Origin: an uncultured delta proteobacterium
GTDB taxonomy: Bacteria; Desulfobacterota; Desulfobacteria; Desulfobacterales; Desulfosalsimonadaceae
Direction: 5' to 3'
Assembly: GCA_963826785.1 (NCBI GenBank)
Contig: CAWGYD010000004.1
Span: 32,001 to 96,000 of the forward strand
DNA length: 64,000 nt
Position numbers and translations under genes: made by a program. The notes under the pieces are model-generated. The model made no database searches and was not told the origin of the DNA. It saw only the letters and a program-made list of their open reading frames with translations. Shown piece after piece: positions 29,982-41,141 of this stretch (positions are counted from its first letter, which is position 1; each line of letters begins with the position of its first letter).

Positions 29982-32744
29982 TCATATCGTCGGTTTGACC
30001 TCTTCGAGATAGTAGCATTCCAGCACGTCGCCGACCTTGATGTCATTATAGTTTTCGACGCCGACCCCGCATTCATAATTCTGGGCGACCTCTTTGGCAT
30101 CCTCCTTGAAACGCTTGAGGGAGTTGATCTTGCCGTCATAGGCGACGACCCCTTCCCGGATCAGGCGCACCGGCATGTTTCTCTGGATCTTGCCGGAGGT
30201 CACCATGCATCCCGCGATGGTGCCGATGGAGGGGACATGGAAGACCTGGCGGACTTCCGCATGGCCCAGCACCTTTTCCACGTACTTGGATTCCATCAGG
30301 CCGACCATGGCATCCTGGACATCCTTGATGGCGTTGTAGATGACATCATAATACCGGATATCCACGTTTTCCTCTTCGGCCAGGGAGGCCACCTTGGCCG
30401 ACGGCCGGACATTGAACCCGATGATGATGGCATTGGATACCGCCGCCAGAGAAATATCGGACTCGTGGATGGGCCCCACGGCGGAGTGAATGACGCTGAT
30501 CTGCACCTCTTCCCGGGAAAGCTTGAGCAAAGAATCCTTAAGCGCCTCGATGGACCCCTGGACATCGGCCTTGATGATCAGGTTCAGGTCCTTGACCTCG
30601 CCTTCCATCAGCCGTTCATACAGCCCTTCCAGGCTCATCCGGCTGGTGCGGGCCAGGTCCTTGGACCGCTGCTTCTGGAGCCGGTGCTCGCTGACCTGCT
30701 TGGCATCCTTTTCGTCGGCCAGGGTGGTGAATTCGTCGCCGGCCATGGGAACGCCGGACAATCCCACGATCTGCACCGGCATGGACGGGCCGGCTTCCTT
30801 CACCATTTCCCCGGTATCGTTGTACATGGCCCGGACCTTGCCGTAATACATGCCGCAGACCACCGGTTCGCCGGTATGCAGGGTCCCTTCCCGGATGAGA
30901 ACGGTGGCCACCGGCCCCCGGCCGAGGTCCATTTCGGCCTCGATGATGTTTCCCCGGGCCAGCTTGTTCGGGTTGGCCTTGAGTTCGAGCACCTCCGACT
31001 GGAGCAGGATCATTTCCAGCAGGTCGTCGATTCCCATCTGCTGCTTGGCAGACACATTGACGCAGATGGTGTCGCCCCCCCAGTCCTCGGGGACCAGGTT
31101 CTTTTCCGCCAGTTCGCGCTTGATCCGGTCCGGGTTGGCTTCGGGCTTATCGATCTTGTTGATGGCCACGATGATGGGGACATTGGCGGCCCGGGCATGG
31201 TCGATGGCTTCGATGGTCTGGGGCATGACCCCGTCATCGGCCGCCACCACCAGGATGACGATGTCCGTGACATGGGCGCCCCGGGAGCGCATGGCCGTAA
31301 AGGCTTCATGGCCGGGGGTGTCGAGAAAGACGATATCCCCGGAGTCCAGCTTGACATGATAGGCGCCGATATGCTGGGTAATCCCGCCGGCTTCGAGTTC
31401 GGTCACCTTGGTCCGGCGGATGACGTCCAGAAGCGATGTCTTGCCGTGATCCACGTGTCCCATGATGGTTACCACCGGCGGCCGGTGGACCATCTGGCCG
31501 GGTTCGTCGGTTTCGGCCCTTATGACCGTTTCTTCCTCGAAAGCGGCTTTTTCCACCTCGAAGCCGAATTCCGTGGCCAGCAGGCTGGCCGTATCGTAAT
31601 CAATGGTCTGGTTGACGGTGACCATCATTCCCATGTTCATCAGCCGCTTGATCAGCTCATTGGCCTTGATGCCCATCCGCTTGGCCAGATCCGCTATCAC
31701 AATGGTATCATCCACTTTGATCCGCCTCTTGATTGCTTTGGGTATGGTAATCTGGGTTTTCTGGTCGGCGGTTTCGTGGACCGGCTTCCCCTTTTTCCGG
31801 CCCTTGCGGGTCCGGCCGTATTTACTGTCATAGAGGGCGTCGCCTTCGATGACCTCTTTACGGCGCAGGGCGGTCTTCAGCTTGCCGACATTGCGGCCTT
31901 TTTCCAGGTCCGTAATTTTTTTCTTACCCTTTTTCTTATCGAGATCTTCCTCGATTTCCTTTTCCTTGGCGGCCGCGATATGGGGTTTTTTCTTTTCCGG
32001 CTTTTTCTCTTTTGCCGGTTCAGCGGTTGCGGCGGCCGCCGGCTGAGGCGCTTTTTCTTCCGGTTTTTCCACCTCCGGCGGTTTTTCCGGCATGCTGATC
32101 ACCTTGGCCGGCATGCTTTTCTTGACTTTGCGCTTGGGTTTCTTCTTGTCCTGCTTTTCCGCGGCCTCTGCTTTTTCAGCCGTTTCCGGCTGCGGCTGCG
32201 CGGCTTCAACCGGCGCTTGATCCTGCGGTGCCGCCTCTGCCTCGGGGGCAGCCGTTTGCGTTTCGGTGGCTTCGGGTTCAACGGTTTCAGGTTCTGCCGT
32301 TTCTGCCGTTTCTGTTTCAATTTCCGCAGGGGTTTCTTCCGCCGGTTCCTCGACAGGGGCAACGGATTCTGATTCCGCGGTGGCCACAACCTCTTCGTTC
32401 TCGGCTGGTTCGGCTTCCACTGCAGGGGTCTCTATGACTTCAGCCGGGGCTTCTTCTTGAGTTTCTGAAACCGCTTCAGCGGCCGGAGGCTCCACCGGCT
32501 CCGGTTCGGTGGGCACAATTTTGCGCCGCCGCCGGATGACATTCGGTTTGATCCGCTTATCCTCAACAATTTCCTCGGGTTCCGGGCGGCCGAAAATCGT
32601 ATTCTTAATGCGCTCGATGTCGTCTTCCTCCAGGGTGGACATATGATTTTTGACCTCAATGTCCATATCCTGGACCTTTTCAAGGAGCGCCTTGCTTTCC
32701 ATGTTCAATTCTCTGGCGAGTTCAAATACTCTGAGTTTTGCCAT
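29982..32744 (-). CDS. infB: Translation initiation factor IF-2
   Basis: [28 protein letters not shown] and NKID motifs. Confidence 0.99.
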   Translation of the reverse strand: MAKLRVFELARELNMESKALLEKVQDMDIEVKNHMSTLEEDDIERIKNTIFGRPEPEEIVEDKRIKPNVIRRRRKIVPTEPEPVEPPAAEAVSETQEEAPAEVIETPAVEAEPAENEEVVATAESESVAPVEEPAEETPAEIETETAETAEPETVEPEATETQTAAPEAEAAPQDQAPVEAAQPQPETAEKAEAAEKQDKKKPKRKVKKSMPAKVISMPEKPPEVEKPEEKAPQPAAAATAEPAKEKKPEKKKPHIAAAKEKEIEEDLDKKKGKKKITDLEKGRNVGKLKTALRRKEVIEGDALYDSKYGRTRKGRKKGKPVHETADQKTQITIPKAIKRRIKVDDTIVIADLAKRMGIKANELIKRLMNMGMMVTVNQTIDYDTASLLATEFGFEVEKAAFEEETVIRAETDEPGQMVHRPPVVTIMGHVDHGKTSLLDVIRRTKVTELEAGGITQHIGAYHVKLDSGDIVFLDTPGHEAFTAMRSRGAHVTDIVILVVAADDGVMPQTIEAIDHARAANVPIIVAINKIDKPEANPDRIKRELAEKNLVPEDWGGDTICVNVSAKQQMGIDDLLEMILLQSEVLELKANPNKLARGNIIEAEMDLGRGPVATVLIREGTLHTGEPVVCGMYYGKVRAMYNDTGEMVKEAGPSMPVQIVGLSGVPMAGDEFTTLADEKDAKQVSEHRLQKQRSKDLARTSRMSLEGLYERLMEGEVKDLNLIIKADVQGSIEALKDSLLKLSREEVQISVIHSAVGPIHESDISLAAVSNAIIIGFNVRPSAKVASLAEEENVDIRYYDVIYNAIKDVQDAMVGLMESKYVEKVLGHAEVRQVFHVPSIGTIAGCMVTSGKIQRNMPVRLIREGVVAYDGKINSLKRFKEDAKEVAQNYECGVGVENYNDIKVGDVLECYYLEEVKPTI

Positions 32745-32818
32745 CCATCCCCCTTGGTGTTCATGAGAACTTCAACACAATTTGATCAAACGGGTATGTT
32801 TGAAATATTTTAAAATCG

Positions 32819-34153
32819 TTATTCGATATCGTCTTCGGCAGCGGCGTCATCTTCGCCGGGTTCTTCCGGTTCGGGTGCTTCCGTTTCATCTTCATCCGAA
32901 GACTCCGGAGTCTCCGGCGCTTCCATTGCTTCCATGACATGGTCGATCAGTTGCCGGGCTTCGTCTTCGGTGATTCCGATGGTTTCCACAAGATCCTCCA
33001 CCGAAGCCTTGGAAAGATCATCCATGGTGAAAAATCCGCTTTTGCGCAGCCGGTCGGCGAGTTCTTCCGTCATGTCCGGAAGATTCATGATCGCTTCGTA
33101 TTCTCTTTGCATGTATTCGTTATACCGGGTCTCACTCTCCACATCCAGCCGCCAGCCGGTCAGCTTTGAGGCCAGGCGGACATTCTGGCCGCCCTTGCCG
33201 ATGGCGATGGACAGGTAGTCATCGGGGACCACCACTTCCATGGAATGATTTTCCTCATCGATGATCACCCGGGCGATCTCCGCCGGGGCCAGCGCGTTGC
33301 AGACGAATTTGGCCGGGTCCATGTGCCAGGGAATGATGTCGATTTTTTCGCCTTTCAATTCCTGGACCACGCTTTGCACCCGGTTTCCCTTCACCCCGAC
33401 GCAGGCGCCCACCGGATCGATATCGGAATCGTTCGAACTCACGGCGATCTTGCCCCGGCTTCCCGCTTCCCGGGCCGCGCCGACGATGCTCACGATCCCC
33501 TCGCTGATCTCCGGGACTTCCGTTTTAAAAAGGTTCATCAGGAAGCTGGGATGGGTTCGGCTCAGCACGATCTGGGGACCGCGGCTTTCCTCGTGCACTT
33601 TCAGGATAAAGGCCCTGAGCCGGTCGCCCCGCCGGTAATTCTCCCCGGGGATCTGCTCCCGTTTGGGAAGTACGGCTTCCGCCTGCCCCAGGTTCACGAT
33701 GATTTCGTTTCGCGTCACCCGCTGGATGATGCCGTTGATGATCTCCCCCTGGCGCTCGATGAAGCTGTTGTAGACCGCGCTTCGCTCAGCGACTTTCATT
33801 TTCTGGATGATCACCTGCTTGGCGCTCTGGGCGGCGATGCGGCCGAAAGTGGTGGTGTCCATCTTGGTGCCCAGGCTGTCGCCGATTTCACATTCCGGGT
33901 CCAGCTTGCGCCCTTCTTTCAGGCTGATCTGGAACGCGGCGTCTTCCACCTCGTCGACCACTTCCTTGAACTGAAATACCTCGAGTTCTCCGGTTTCCTC
34001 ATTATACTGGATTTCAATGTCGATCTTGTTGCCGAACTTCTTCTTGGCCGCAGAACGCAGGGCTTCTTCCAGTGTTTTCACCAGGACATTGAACTCGATT
34101 CCCTTGTCCCGGCTCACCTGCTCAATTACACGCTTCATGTCGGTTATAAGCAT
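32819..34153 (-). CDS. nusA: Transcription termination/antitermination factor NusA
   Basis: FGRIAAQSAKQVI, DPVGACVG and AIGKGGQNVRLA motifs. Confidence 0.99.
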   Translation of the reverse strand: MLITDMKRVIEQVSRDKGIEFNVLVKTLEEALRSAAKKKFGNKIDIEIQYNEETGELEVFQFKEVVDEVEDAAFQISLKEGRKLDPECEIGDSLGTKMDTTTFGRIAAQSAKQVIIQKMKVAERSAVYNSFIERQGEIINGIIQRVTRNEIIVNLGQAEAVLPKREQIPGENYRRGDRLRAFILKVHEESRGPQIVLSRTHPSFLMNLFKTEVPEISEGIVSIVGAAREAGSRGKIAVSSNDSDIDPVGACVGVKGNRVQSVVQELKGEKIDIIPWHMDPAKFVCNALAPAEIARVIIDEENHSMEVVVPDDYLSIAIGKGGQNVRLASKLTGWRLDVESETRYNEYMQREYEAIMNLPDMTEELADRLRKSGFFTMDDLSKASVEDLVETIGITEDEARQLIDHVMEAMEAPETPESSDEDETEAPEPEEPGEDDAAAEDDIE

Positions 34154-34156
34154 TGG

Positions 34157-34720
34157 TTACTCTCCGTTATAATTGACAAGCCGTGCTTTCATAATATCCT
34201 CATAGAGAATGACAACCGTTTCTTTTTCCAGCTGAAGATGCACACAGTCGTCAAACATGCCTACCAGGGTTCCTTTGAAATTCTTCTGTCCGTTTATGGG
34301 CTGAGCGGTCCTGATCCTGGCCGTCTCTCCCGCAAACCGGTTGAAATCTTCTTTTTTGGATATGGGCCGGTCCAGTCCCGGCGATGATACCTCCAGGGTA
34401 TAGGGCAGGTCCGTATCCATCTTGATGTCAAGTATGTCCGACAACTGCCGGCTGATCCCGGAGCAATCGTCCAGCGATACGCCGCCGGGTCTGTCGATAT
34501 AGGCGCGCAGCACGCGGCCGCCGGGTTCGCGCTGAAATTCGACATGGACGAGTTCGATCCCCTCCGCCGTGCACAGGGGGCCGCCGATGTCCCAGGTCAG
34601 CGATATCATCTTTTTCTGCAGATCGGCAAATCTGGCCTCCCGGGAAATCTTTGTTTCCGGGTGTTCCGAAATCGCCTTGTGCGCTATGTCATGATGCTCT
34701 GTCTTTTTACCCGTTGCCAT
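34157..34720 (-). CDS. rimP: Ribosome maturation factor RimP
   Basis: GVSLDDC and YTLEVSSPGLDRP motifs. Confidence 0.96.
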   Translation of the reverse strand: MATGKKTEHHDIAHKAISEHPETKISREARFADLQKKMISLTWDIGGPLCTAEGIELVHVEFQREPGGRVLRAYIDRPGGVSLDDCSGISRQLSDILDIKMDTDLPYTLEVSSPGLDRPISKKEDFNRFAGETARIRTAQPINGQKNFKGTLVGMFDDCVHLQLEKETVVILYEDIMKARLVNYNGE

Positions 34721-34896
34721 CTACTGAAACCCCGATCAATCCTTCAACTGCCTGCATGCGTCTTTCTTGCCGGCTTTTCCCCGGCCCCTGTTTAAAGAAA
34801 CAAAAAAACGGGCAATCATGCCCGTTTCTCAAGCAAATCCATGTTGGTCTCTATCTGCTCAAAACCGCTTCAACCCGAATGGGCCTACAAGAAAAT

Positions 34897-34972
34897 TGGA
34901 GCGGGCAACGAGATTCGAACTCGCGACACCAAGCTTGGGAAGCTTGTACTCTACCAACTGAGCTATGCCCGC
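34897..34972 (-). tRNA. tRNA-Gly (anticodon CCC)
   Basis: GCGGGCATAGCTCAGTTGGTAGAG...CAAGC-TTCCCAA-GCTTG...GTTCGAATC...GCCCGCTCCA; 76 nt with encoded CCA. Confidence 0.97.
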
Positions 34973-34987
34973 ATCCTTAGCCGCTTA

Positions 34988-35016
34988 AAATTAAGGCAAA
35001 GTAATTTTATTGTCAA
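34988..35016 (-). promoter_or_regulatory. sigma70 promoter of the tRNA-Gly/rimP-nusA-infB operon
   Basis: TTGACA-17bp-TAATTT. Confidence 0.75.
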
Positions 35017-35132
35017 TACAAATTTTGGGTTTAAAGTAAGTTGAAATGAGGCGGGTGTCAAGGCGGGCTGAACGGGTTATATCCACAGGCGACGGATATG
35101 GATTGACCTCCGGATGCGGGTTTGATCCGCTT

Positions 35133-35480
35133 TTAATCGAGCAGTGCCCTTATTTCATGCAGTCCGGCCCGGATTTCATCTATATCGATTATTGCCGGAA
35201 GGGATTCCTTTTTCTGGCACTTGAGGAATTTCCGGGCACCGGGGATCGTAAATTTGCGGTCATAAAGGAGATCTTTGATCTTTAAGATCGATTCGATGTC
35301 GGATTTTCGGTAAAGCCGCTGGCCGGAAGGGGTTCGTTTGGGAGATATGATGGGAAATTCAGATTCCCAGAACCGGAGCACATAGGCTTCCAGCGCGGTA
35401 ATCTCGGACACCTCGCCGATTCTGAAATAAAATTTGTCCGGGATCTGGCACCCTGATGGGCTCTTATTCTCCATCATCAC
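35133..35480 (-). CDS. MerR-family HTH regulator
   Basis: IPDKFYFRIGEVS..LRFWESEF..GQRLY; the family usually found after pheT-ihfA. Confidence 0.92.
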   Translation of the reverse strand: MMMENKSPSGCQIPDKFYFRIGEVSEITALEAYVLRFWESEFPIISPKRTPSGQRLYRKSDIESILKIKDLLYDRKFTIPGARKFLKCQKKESLPAIIDIDEIRAGLHEIRALLD

Positions 35481-35524
35481 CTTAAATCCGGATGCTCCGT
35501 TTGCATTTTGCGGTGAAAATGCGT

Positions 35525-37936
35525 TCAGACCGGAAGCGACGCGTCAAAAGCTGAAATGAGCCGTTCCGATATCTGCTGGTGAAGATTGTTGACCTGTTTA
35601 TCCGACAGGGTTTCCTCCGGCGAGCGATACGTGAAGCGGATGGATATGCTCTTTTTACCGGCGGGAATCGATCCCCCCTGGTACAGGTCGAAAATCCGGA
35701 CATTTTCCATCAGCGCTTCATCAAATGATCGCGCCTTCTGAACAATATCACCCGCCTGGATGTGATTGTCAACAATTAAGGTGACATCCCGCTCTACTGC
35801 GGGGAACCGGGGGATGGCGGAAACAGCCGCCGCATCCCGGGAAAGTTCCACCAGGGCGGTAATCTCCAGATCAAAAACGAATGCCGGTTGTTTCAGGTCG
35901 AACCGGTCCAGTACGTCAGGCGAGACCTCTCCCATCAAACCGATGAACATCCCTTTCGATTCAATCTTGGCCGTGTGCCCCGGTTGGGTGTAAACGCAGT
36001 TCTCATCCGGCATACGGGTAAACATCGGATCGATATGCAATGAATCCAGAAGATTTTCGACCACCCCTTTTAAATCGAAGAAATCACAGGGCTCGGGTTT
36101 GTGATGCCAGGTGGGTTCGTGCCGGCTGCCCGTCCACAGCCCGGAAAGTTTTTCGATTTCCTCCGGCTGTTGATCGGGTCCCTGGCTGACAAAGATTTTG
36201 CCCAGCTCAAAAAGCCGAAGATCCCGGTTCTGCCGGTAAATATTTCGTTTCATGATCTCGATAAGCCCGGATACCAGCGAGGTTCGCATCACCGCCTGGT
36301 CTTCGGACAGCGGATTGATGATATCGAGCATGGACCGCTGATGATCGTCTGGGCCCAGTCCCAGGCGGTCGCAGGCAGAGGCATCGGTGAAGCTGTAGCT
36401 GATCGCTTCGGAAAACCCGCATCCAGCCATTTTATCCCGGATGCGGTCCTTGAGCGACAGCCGCCGGGACGGCAGCATGGTCTTTGCCGATATTTTGGGG
36501 AAAGTGGTCCGGATCTGGTTGTATCCCCACAGCCGGGCCACCTCCTCCATGAGGTCTTCGGGCCGGCTCACGTCCACCCGGAAGGAAGGGGGGATGACGG
36601 AAAGCGCCCCGGGGCCGGTTTCCTCCACGACAAATTCGATGGAGCTGAGGTGATGGGCGATATCTGCGGTATTCAGGGCGGTGCCCAGGTGGCGGTTGGT
36701 CCTGTCCGTATCGAGTTGAATGGTCTTTCTCTCAACCGGCTTTGGATGGGCATCGATGATTCCCCCCACCAGGGTTCCGCCCCCGATTTCGGCCATCAGC
36801 TGCGCTGCCCGGCGAGCCGCCCGGACGGTCCCTTCGGGATCCACCCCCCGCTCGAACCGGTGGGAGGCGTCGGTGTTGAGGGCTAATCGCTTGGCCGTTT
36901 TACGGATGGAGATCGGATCGAAATAGGCGCTTTCGATCAGCACCCGAGAGGTGCCGGGGCTGATTTCAGAGTTTTCGCCGCCCATGACGCCGGCGACGGC
37001 CACCGGCTTTTCACCGTCGCATATCATCAGGGTTTCCGCGGTGAGCGTGCGTTCTTTCCCGTCCAAAGTGGTGAAGGCTTCGCCTTCTGCGGCGGTTTTC
37101 ACCACGATCCGGTGGCCGGCCAAAAGATCGAAATCAAAGGCGTGCAGCGGCTGGCCGGTTTCCATCATCACGAAATTGGTGATGTCCACGATATTGTTGA
37201 TGGGTTTGAGGTCAACGGAGATCAGCCGGTTCTTCAGCCATTCAGGGGAGGGGCCCACCGTAATACCGGTTATCATCATGGCCGCATATCGCGGACACAG
37301 GTCCGGAGCCTCTATGGTGACGGAAGCCAGTTCATGGATATTTCCCGCTGCCGGGGGAAGAACGATCTCAGGCAGTGCGACCCGGCCTCGCACCATGGCC
37401 GCCACTTCCCGGGCCACGCCAATGATGCTCAAGCAGTCCGGCCGGTTGGGGGTCAGGCCGATTTCAAATACCACATCGGATAGCTGCAGCACCTCGGCCA
37501 GGGGGCTGCCTGCCGCCGCATCGGCATCGAGTGCCATAATCCCGGAGGCACCGGAGCCGAGCTCCAGTTCGGCCTGGCTGCACAGCATGCCTTCCGAAGC
37601 CACCCCCCGGATGGTGCTTTTGGCCACCTGCAGGCCGCCGGGAAGGCATGTCCCGGGCAGCGCCAGTGGTGCGATCATTCCCGGCCGTACGTTGGGCGCG
37701 CCGCACACCACCGACAGCATCCGGCCGCCTGCATCCACCTTGCACAAAGAGAGCCGGTCCGCATTGGGGTGCCGGCCGACTTCGACGATCCGTCCCGCAA
37801 CCACCGTGTCCAGGTAATCAAAACGTTTGATGATCGCTTCGACTTCCAGCCCCGCCATGGTGAGACGGTCCGCCAGTTCAGCGGTGGGCATGGACACGGA
37901 AACATACTGCTTCAACCAGTCAAGACTGACTTTCAT
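35525..37936 (-). CDS. pheT: Phenylalanine-tRNA ligase beta subunit
   Basis: HPNADRL, VCGAPN, TPNRPDCLS and RFERGVD motifs. Confidence 0.98.
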   Translation of the reverse strand: MKVSLDWLKQYVSVSMPTAELADRLTMAGLEVEAIIKRFDYLDTVVAGRIVEVGRHPNADRLSLCKVDAGGRMLSVVCGAPNVRPGMIAPLALPGTCLPGGLQVAKSTIRGVASEGMLCSQAELELGSGASGIMALDADAAAGSPLAEVLQLSDVVFEIGLTPNRPDCLSIIGVAREVAAMVRGRVALPEIVLPPAAGNIHELASVTIEAPDLCPRYAAMMITGITVGPSPEWLKNRLISVDLKPINNIVDITNFVMMETGQPLHAFDFDLLAGHRIVVKTAAEGEAFTTLDGKERTLTAETLMICDGEKPVAVAGVMGGENSEISPGTSRVLIESAYFDPISIRKTAKRLALNTDASHRFERGVDPEGTVRAARRAAQLMAEIGGGTLVGGIIDAHPKPVERKTIQLDTDRTNRHLGTALNTADIAHHLSSIEFVVEETGPGALSVIPPSFRVDVSRPEDLMEEVARLWGYNQIRTTFPKISAKTMLPSRRLSLKDRIRDKMAGCGFSEAISYSFTDASACDRLGLGPDDHQRSMLDIINPLSEDQAVMRTSLVSGLIEIMKRNIYRQNRDLRLFELGKIFVSQGPDQQPEEIEKLSGLWTGSRHEPTWHHKPEPCDFFDLKGVVENLLDSLHIDPMFTRMPDENCVYTQPGHTAKIESKGMFIGLMGEVSPDVLDRFDLKQPAFVFDLEITALVELSRDAAAVSAIPRFPAVERDVTLIVDNHIQAGDIVQKARSFDEALMENVRIFDLYQGGSIPAGKKSISIRFTYRSPEETLSDKQVNNLHQQISERLISAFDASLPV

Positions 37937-37937
37937 T

Positions 37938-38954
37938 TCAAAATTGCCTTAAAAACCTGTAGTCATTTTCAAAAAACATGCGGATATCATTGATGCCGTA
38001 TTTAAGCATGGCAATCCGTTCAACGCCCATGCCGAAGGCAAATCCCGAATAGGCAGACGTGTCGTATCCCACGTTTTCGAAGACTGCCGGGTGGACCATG
38101 CCACATCCGAGGACTTCCAGCCAGCCGGTATGGGAGCAGACCTTGCACCCCTTTCCCCGGCACATGACGCACAGGATGTCGACCTCCGCGCTGGGTTCGG
38201 TAAAAGGGAAAAAACTGGGCCGGAACTTGAGGCTGGTTTTTTCGTCAAATATCTGGTGCACAAAAGCGGTCAGAATGCCTTTTAAGTCCCCGAAGGAAAT
38301 CCCCTTGTCCACCAGAAGCCCTTCCACCTGGTGGAACATGGGCGTGTGGGTCAAATCCGAATCGCACCGGTAGACTTTGCCCGGGGCGATGATCTGAACC
38401 GGGGGCTGGTACTGCTCCATGATCCGGACCTGGATGGGCGAGGTATGGGTTCGAAGGACAATATTGTCTGAGACGTAAAAAGTGTCCTGCATGTCCCGGG
38501 CGGGGTGGTTTTTAGGGATGTTCAGGGCCTCGAAGTTGAAATAGTCCGTTTCCACCTCCGGGCCTTCGGCGATATCAAACCCCATGCGGGAAAATATCTG
38601 GCAGATCCGGCGGGTCACCTGGGTGATGGGGTGCAGGGTCCCCTTGGAAGCCGGTCGGCCGGGCAGAGAAACATCGATGAAATCGTGTTTTTCCCGGGCA
38701 GCGGCGCCAACCCGCTCGATTGCGGCTCCAAATGCCGCTTCCAGCTCCTTTTTGACCCGGTTGGCGTTTTTTCCTGCCGCCGGCCGTTCTTCGGCCGGCA
38801 GATCGGATACCCCCCTTAAGAACAGGGTCACCTGGCCTTTTCGGCCCAGGTATTTTACGGAAAGGGCATTGATGTCATCCGCACCGGATACGCTTTCCAA
38901 TTCGGCCAGCGCTTCGGCTTTGATCTGTTCAATGGATTTAACGGTTGGGTTCAA
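37938..38954 (-). CDS. pheS: Phenylalanine-tRNA ligase alpha subunit (start uncertain)
   Basis: [25 protein letters not shown] and [10 protein letters not shown] motifs. Confidence 0.97.
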   Translation of the reverse strand: MNPTVKSIEQIKAEALAELESVSGADDINALSVKYLGRKGQVTLFLRGVSDLPAEERPAAGKNANRVKKELEAAFGAAIERVGAAAREKHDFIDVSLPGRPASKGTLHPITQVTRRICQIFSRMGFDIAEGPEVETDYFNFEALNIPKNHPARDMQDTFYVSDNIVLRTHTSPIQVRIMEQYQPPVQIIAPGKVYRCDSDLTHTPMFHQVEGLLVDKGISFGDLKGILTAFVHQIFDEKTSLKFRPSFFPFTEPSAEVDILCVMCRGKGCKVCSHTGWLEVLGCGMVHPAVFENVGYDTSAYSGFAFGMGVERIAMLKYGINDIRMFFENDYRFLRQF

Positions 38955-39292
38955 TTCCTGTAAGCCCTGGTAATAAGTGAATGCTGCTGCCCGGCGGCTC
39001 AAAAAGATGCCTTGGGCATCGCAGCCGTATAAATACACAAATCCATCAGGGGTGAATTCACCCGATGATGGATTGCGGTTTCGGGGCCTTGATACCGGTG
39101 GGGCGAAGGCCGGATCTGATTTTCACACCGGCGAAAAAACGGATCCTTAAGCATCCGGTTCAGCCGGTGATCGGCTGCTCACTTTTCAACTGCCTGTTTG
39201 CAATGGGTCTCCCCCATGCTCGAGATAAGGGGCTGTTGTGAGCGCATGGTCATTAATCGACAGATTAAGTGACGTTTGGCGATCCGAAAAGA

Positions 39293-39640
39293 TCAGGCCC
39301 CCGAGGCCCGGCCGGCCAGCTGGGTAAAAGCGCCGGGATCCGAGACGGCCAGCTCGGCCAGTATCTTTCGGTCCAGCTCGATTCCCGACTGTTTCAGTCC
39401 GTGCATGAGCACGCTGTAGGACAGACCGTTCATGCGGGCGCCGGCATTGATCCGGGCGATCCATAATTTTCTGAATTCCCGTTTGCGGACTTTCCGGTCG
39501 CGGTAGGCATACATCAATGCCTTGTCAACGGCATCGGCCGCCGTTCGGAACAGTTTCCCCCGGCCACCCACAAAACCTTTGGCCAGTTTCAGAACCTTTT
39601 TCCTGCGTCTTCTGGCTTTGAATCCTCTTTTTACGCGCAT
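39293..39640 (-). CDS. rplT: 50S ribosomal protein L20
   Basis: [19 protein letters not shown] and [11 protein letters not shown] motifs. Confidence 0.99.
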   Translation of the reverse strand: MRVKRGFKARRRRKKVLKLAKGFVGGRGKLFRTAADAVDKALMYAYRDRKVRKREFRKLWIARINAGARMNGLSYSVLMHGLKQSGIELDRKILAELAVSDPGAFTQLAGRASGA

Positions 39641-39662
39641 GCCAAAACTCCTTTATCGCTTT

Positions 39663-39860
39663 TTACCCGTTGGGCAGAAGCAGTCTGATCTCTTTCATAT
39701 CGGATTTGTTGATGATCTGATCTTTTCTCAATGCCCGTTTCCGCTTGCGGGTCTTTTTGGTCAGAATATGGCTGGCATGAGATTTGGAATATTTGTACTT
39801 ACCCGTTCCCGTCTGCCGGAACCGTTTTGCTGCGGAACGGTTCGTCTTGATTTTCGGCAT
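39663..39860 (-). CDS. rpmI: 50S ribosomal protein L35
   Basis: [14 protein letters not shown]...HILTKK; start at 39860. Confidence 0.98.
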   Translation of the reverse strand: MPKIKTNRSAAKRFRQTGTGKYKYSKSHASHILTKKTRKRKRALRKDQIINKSDMKEIRLLLPNG

Positions 39861-40382
39861 AATGTGATTCCTTTCACCAAATGGTTGATGGCGTCTTCTT
39901 GTAAAATCACTTACGGCGTTGCAGTGATTCTGTCTCAGCCATCTTAATCTTTTAATAAATCCGGTTTCGGATTTTTCCCGAATATTCCCGAATATAATGG
40001 ATTGCCCGGAAAAAAGATATTTTGCCGGCAATAAATCCAAACGATCTGTCCGGGATGGCGCGCGGGTACTTGTGCGGCACCCAAATCGCTTCACCAGAAC
40101 GAAATTCGCATTTCCGGGACGGATAATAAGCCGAGTGTTAACTCGAATGCCGGTCTGCTATTAAACAAAAAAAAGACAGATTTCAATCGGTTTTTTTAAA
40201 CCGACAAAAAAATCATGGCGCAAAGAAAGTCGATTATGCGCCAATCTATTTGATTTAAATACTAAATTTTAAATTTCTAAAACTGGAAAAAACAGTTCCG
40301 GCGACCGGACAAAATCCAAACAATCGGTTGCGGGCGGCGGTGAAAAAGTGGTCTGCGGCCATCGGGCTGGCCGCTCAATCGG

Positions 40383-40907
40383 CTATTTGGGTGCCAGTAC
40401 CATATTCATGGTACGGCCTTCCATCTTGGATTGCTGCTCCACTGTGGCAAACATCTTGGTATCCTCGGCGATCTGGTCGAGAAGCGACCTTCCCCTGTCC
40501 GTCAGGGTGATTTCCCGACCTCTGAACACGACGGTGACCTTGACTTTGTTCTTCTTGTCAATAAACCGTTTGATGTGGCCGATCTTGATTTCCAGGTCAT
40601 GGGTGTCCGTTTTGGGTCGGACCTTGATCTCTTTGATCTGAAAAGTCGTCTGCTTTTTTTTGGCTTCCTGCAGCTTTTTATCCTGCTGATACTTAAAGCG
40701 GCCGTAATCCATAATCTTGCAGACCGGCGGCGTTGCCGTAGGTGAGACCTCCACCAGATCCAAGCCGAGTTCCTCGGCTGTCGAAAGCGCCTGCTGAATC
40801 GAAATGACGCCCAGCTGTTTGCCGTCCGGATCGATAACGCGAACCTCTTTTTCCCTGATGTCCTGGTTTATCCGGGTGGTATTGCCGACCTGTCGTTGTT
40901 TAGCTAT
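40383..40907 (-). CDS. infC: Translation initiation factor IF-3 (ATA start codon)
   Basis: AGGAGG 7 nt upstream of an in-frame ATA; reads ...RINQDIREKEVRVI..DLVEVSP..PPVCKIMDYG. Confidence 0.96.
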   Translation of the reverse strand: MAKQRQVGNTTRINQDIREKEVRVIDPDGKQLGVISIQQALSTAEELGLDLVEVSPTATPPVCKIMDYGRFKYQQDKKLQEAKKKQTTFQIKEIKVRPKTDTHDLEIKIGHIKRFIDKKNKVKVTVVFRGREITLTDRGRSLLDQIAEDTKMFATVEQQSKMEGRTMNMVLAPK

Positions 40908-41141
40908 GCCCGCACCTCCTGTTTTTTTTAATGAAAAACCGGGATTAACATTTACAAGTCAATCCGTGTTGGATATAATTAACCCAAAAATTTATTCTGT
41001 TTAATTTAAATATGCAAGAAAAAATAGCGATTAACCCGCCGATTATCGAAAAAAAGAAGGGGCGCCGGTTTTTTTAATCACCTCGATCATCCACCGCCTG
41101 CGAAAAGCAGTGAAATTCAACATATCGCAGATAGAATATAT

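Noticed and set aside
29664..32372. 902-aa plus-strand ORF
   Set aside because: Antisense shadow of infB caused by GC-rich codon bias; no motifs. The same applies to the many other antisense ORFs in the track.
32030..32510. Short tandem repeats and low complexity inside infB
   Set aside because: Ordinary Glu/Ala/Pro-rich IF-2 linker.
34897..34972. tRNA as the integration site of an island
   Set aside because: No integrase or duplicated tRNA 3' end; flanked by core genes.
39663..40094. 143-aa extended L35
   Set aside because: L35 homology begins at the ATG at 39860, which has its own RBS.
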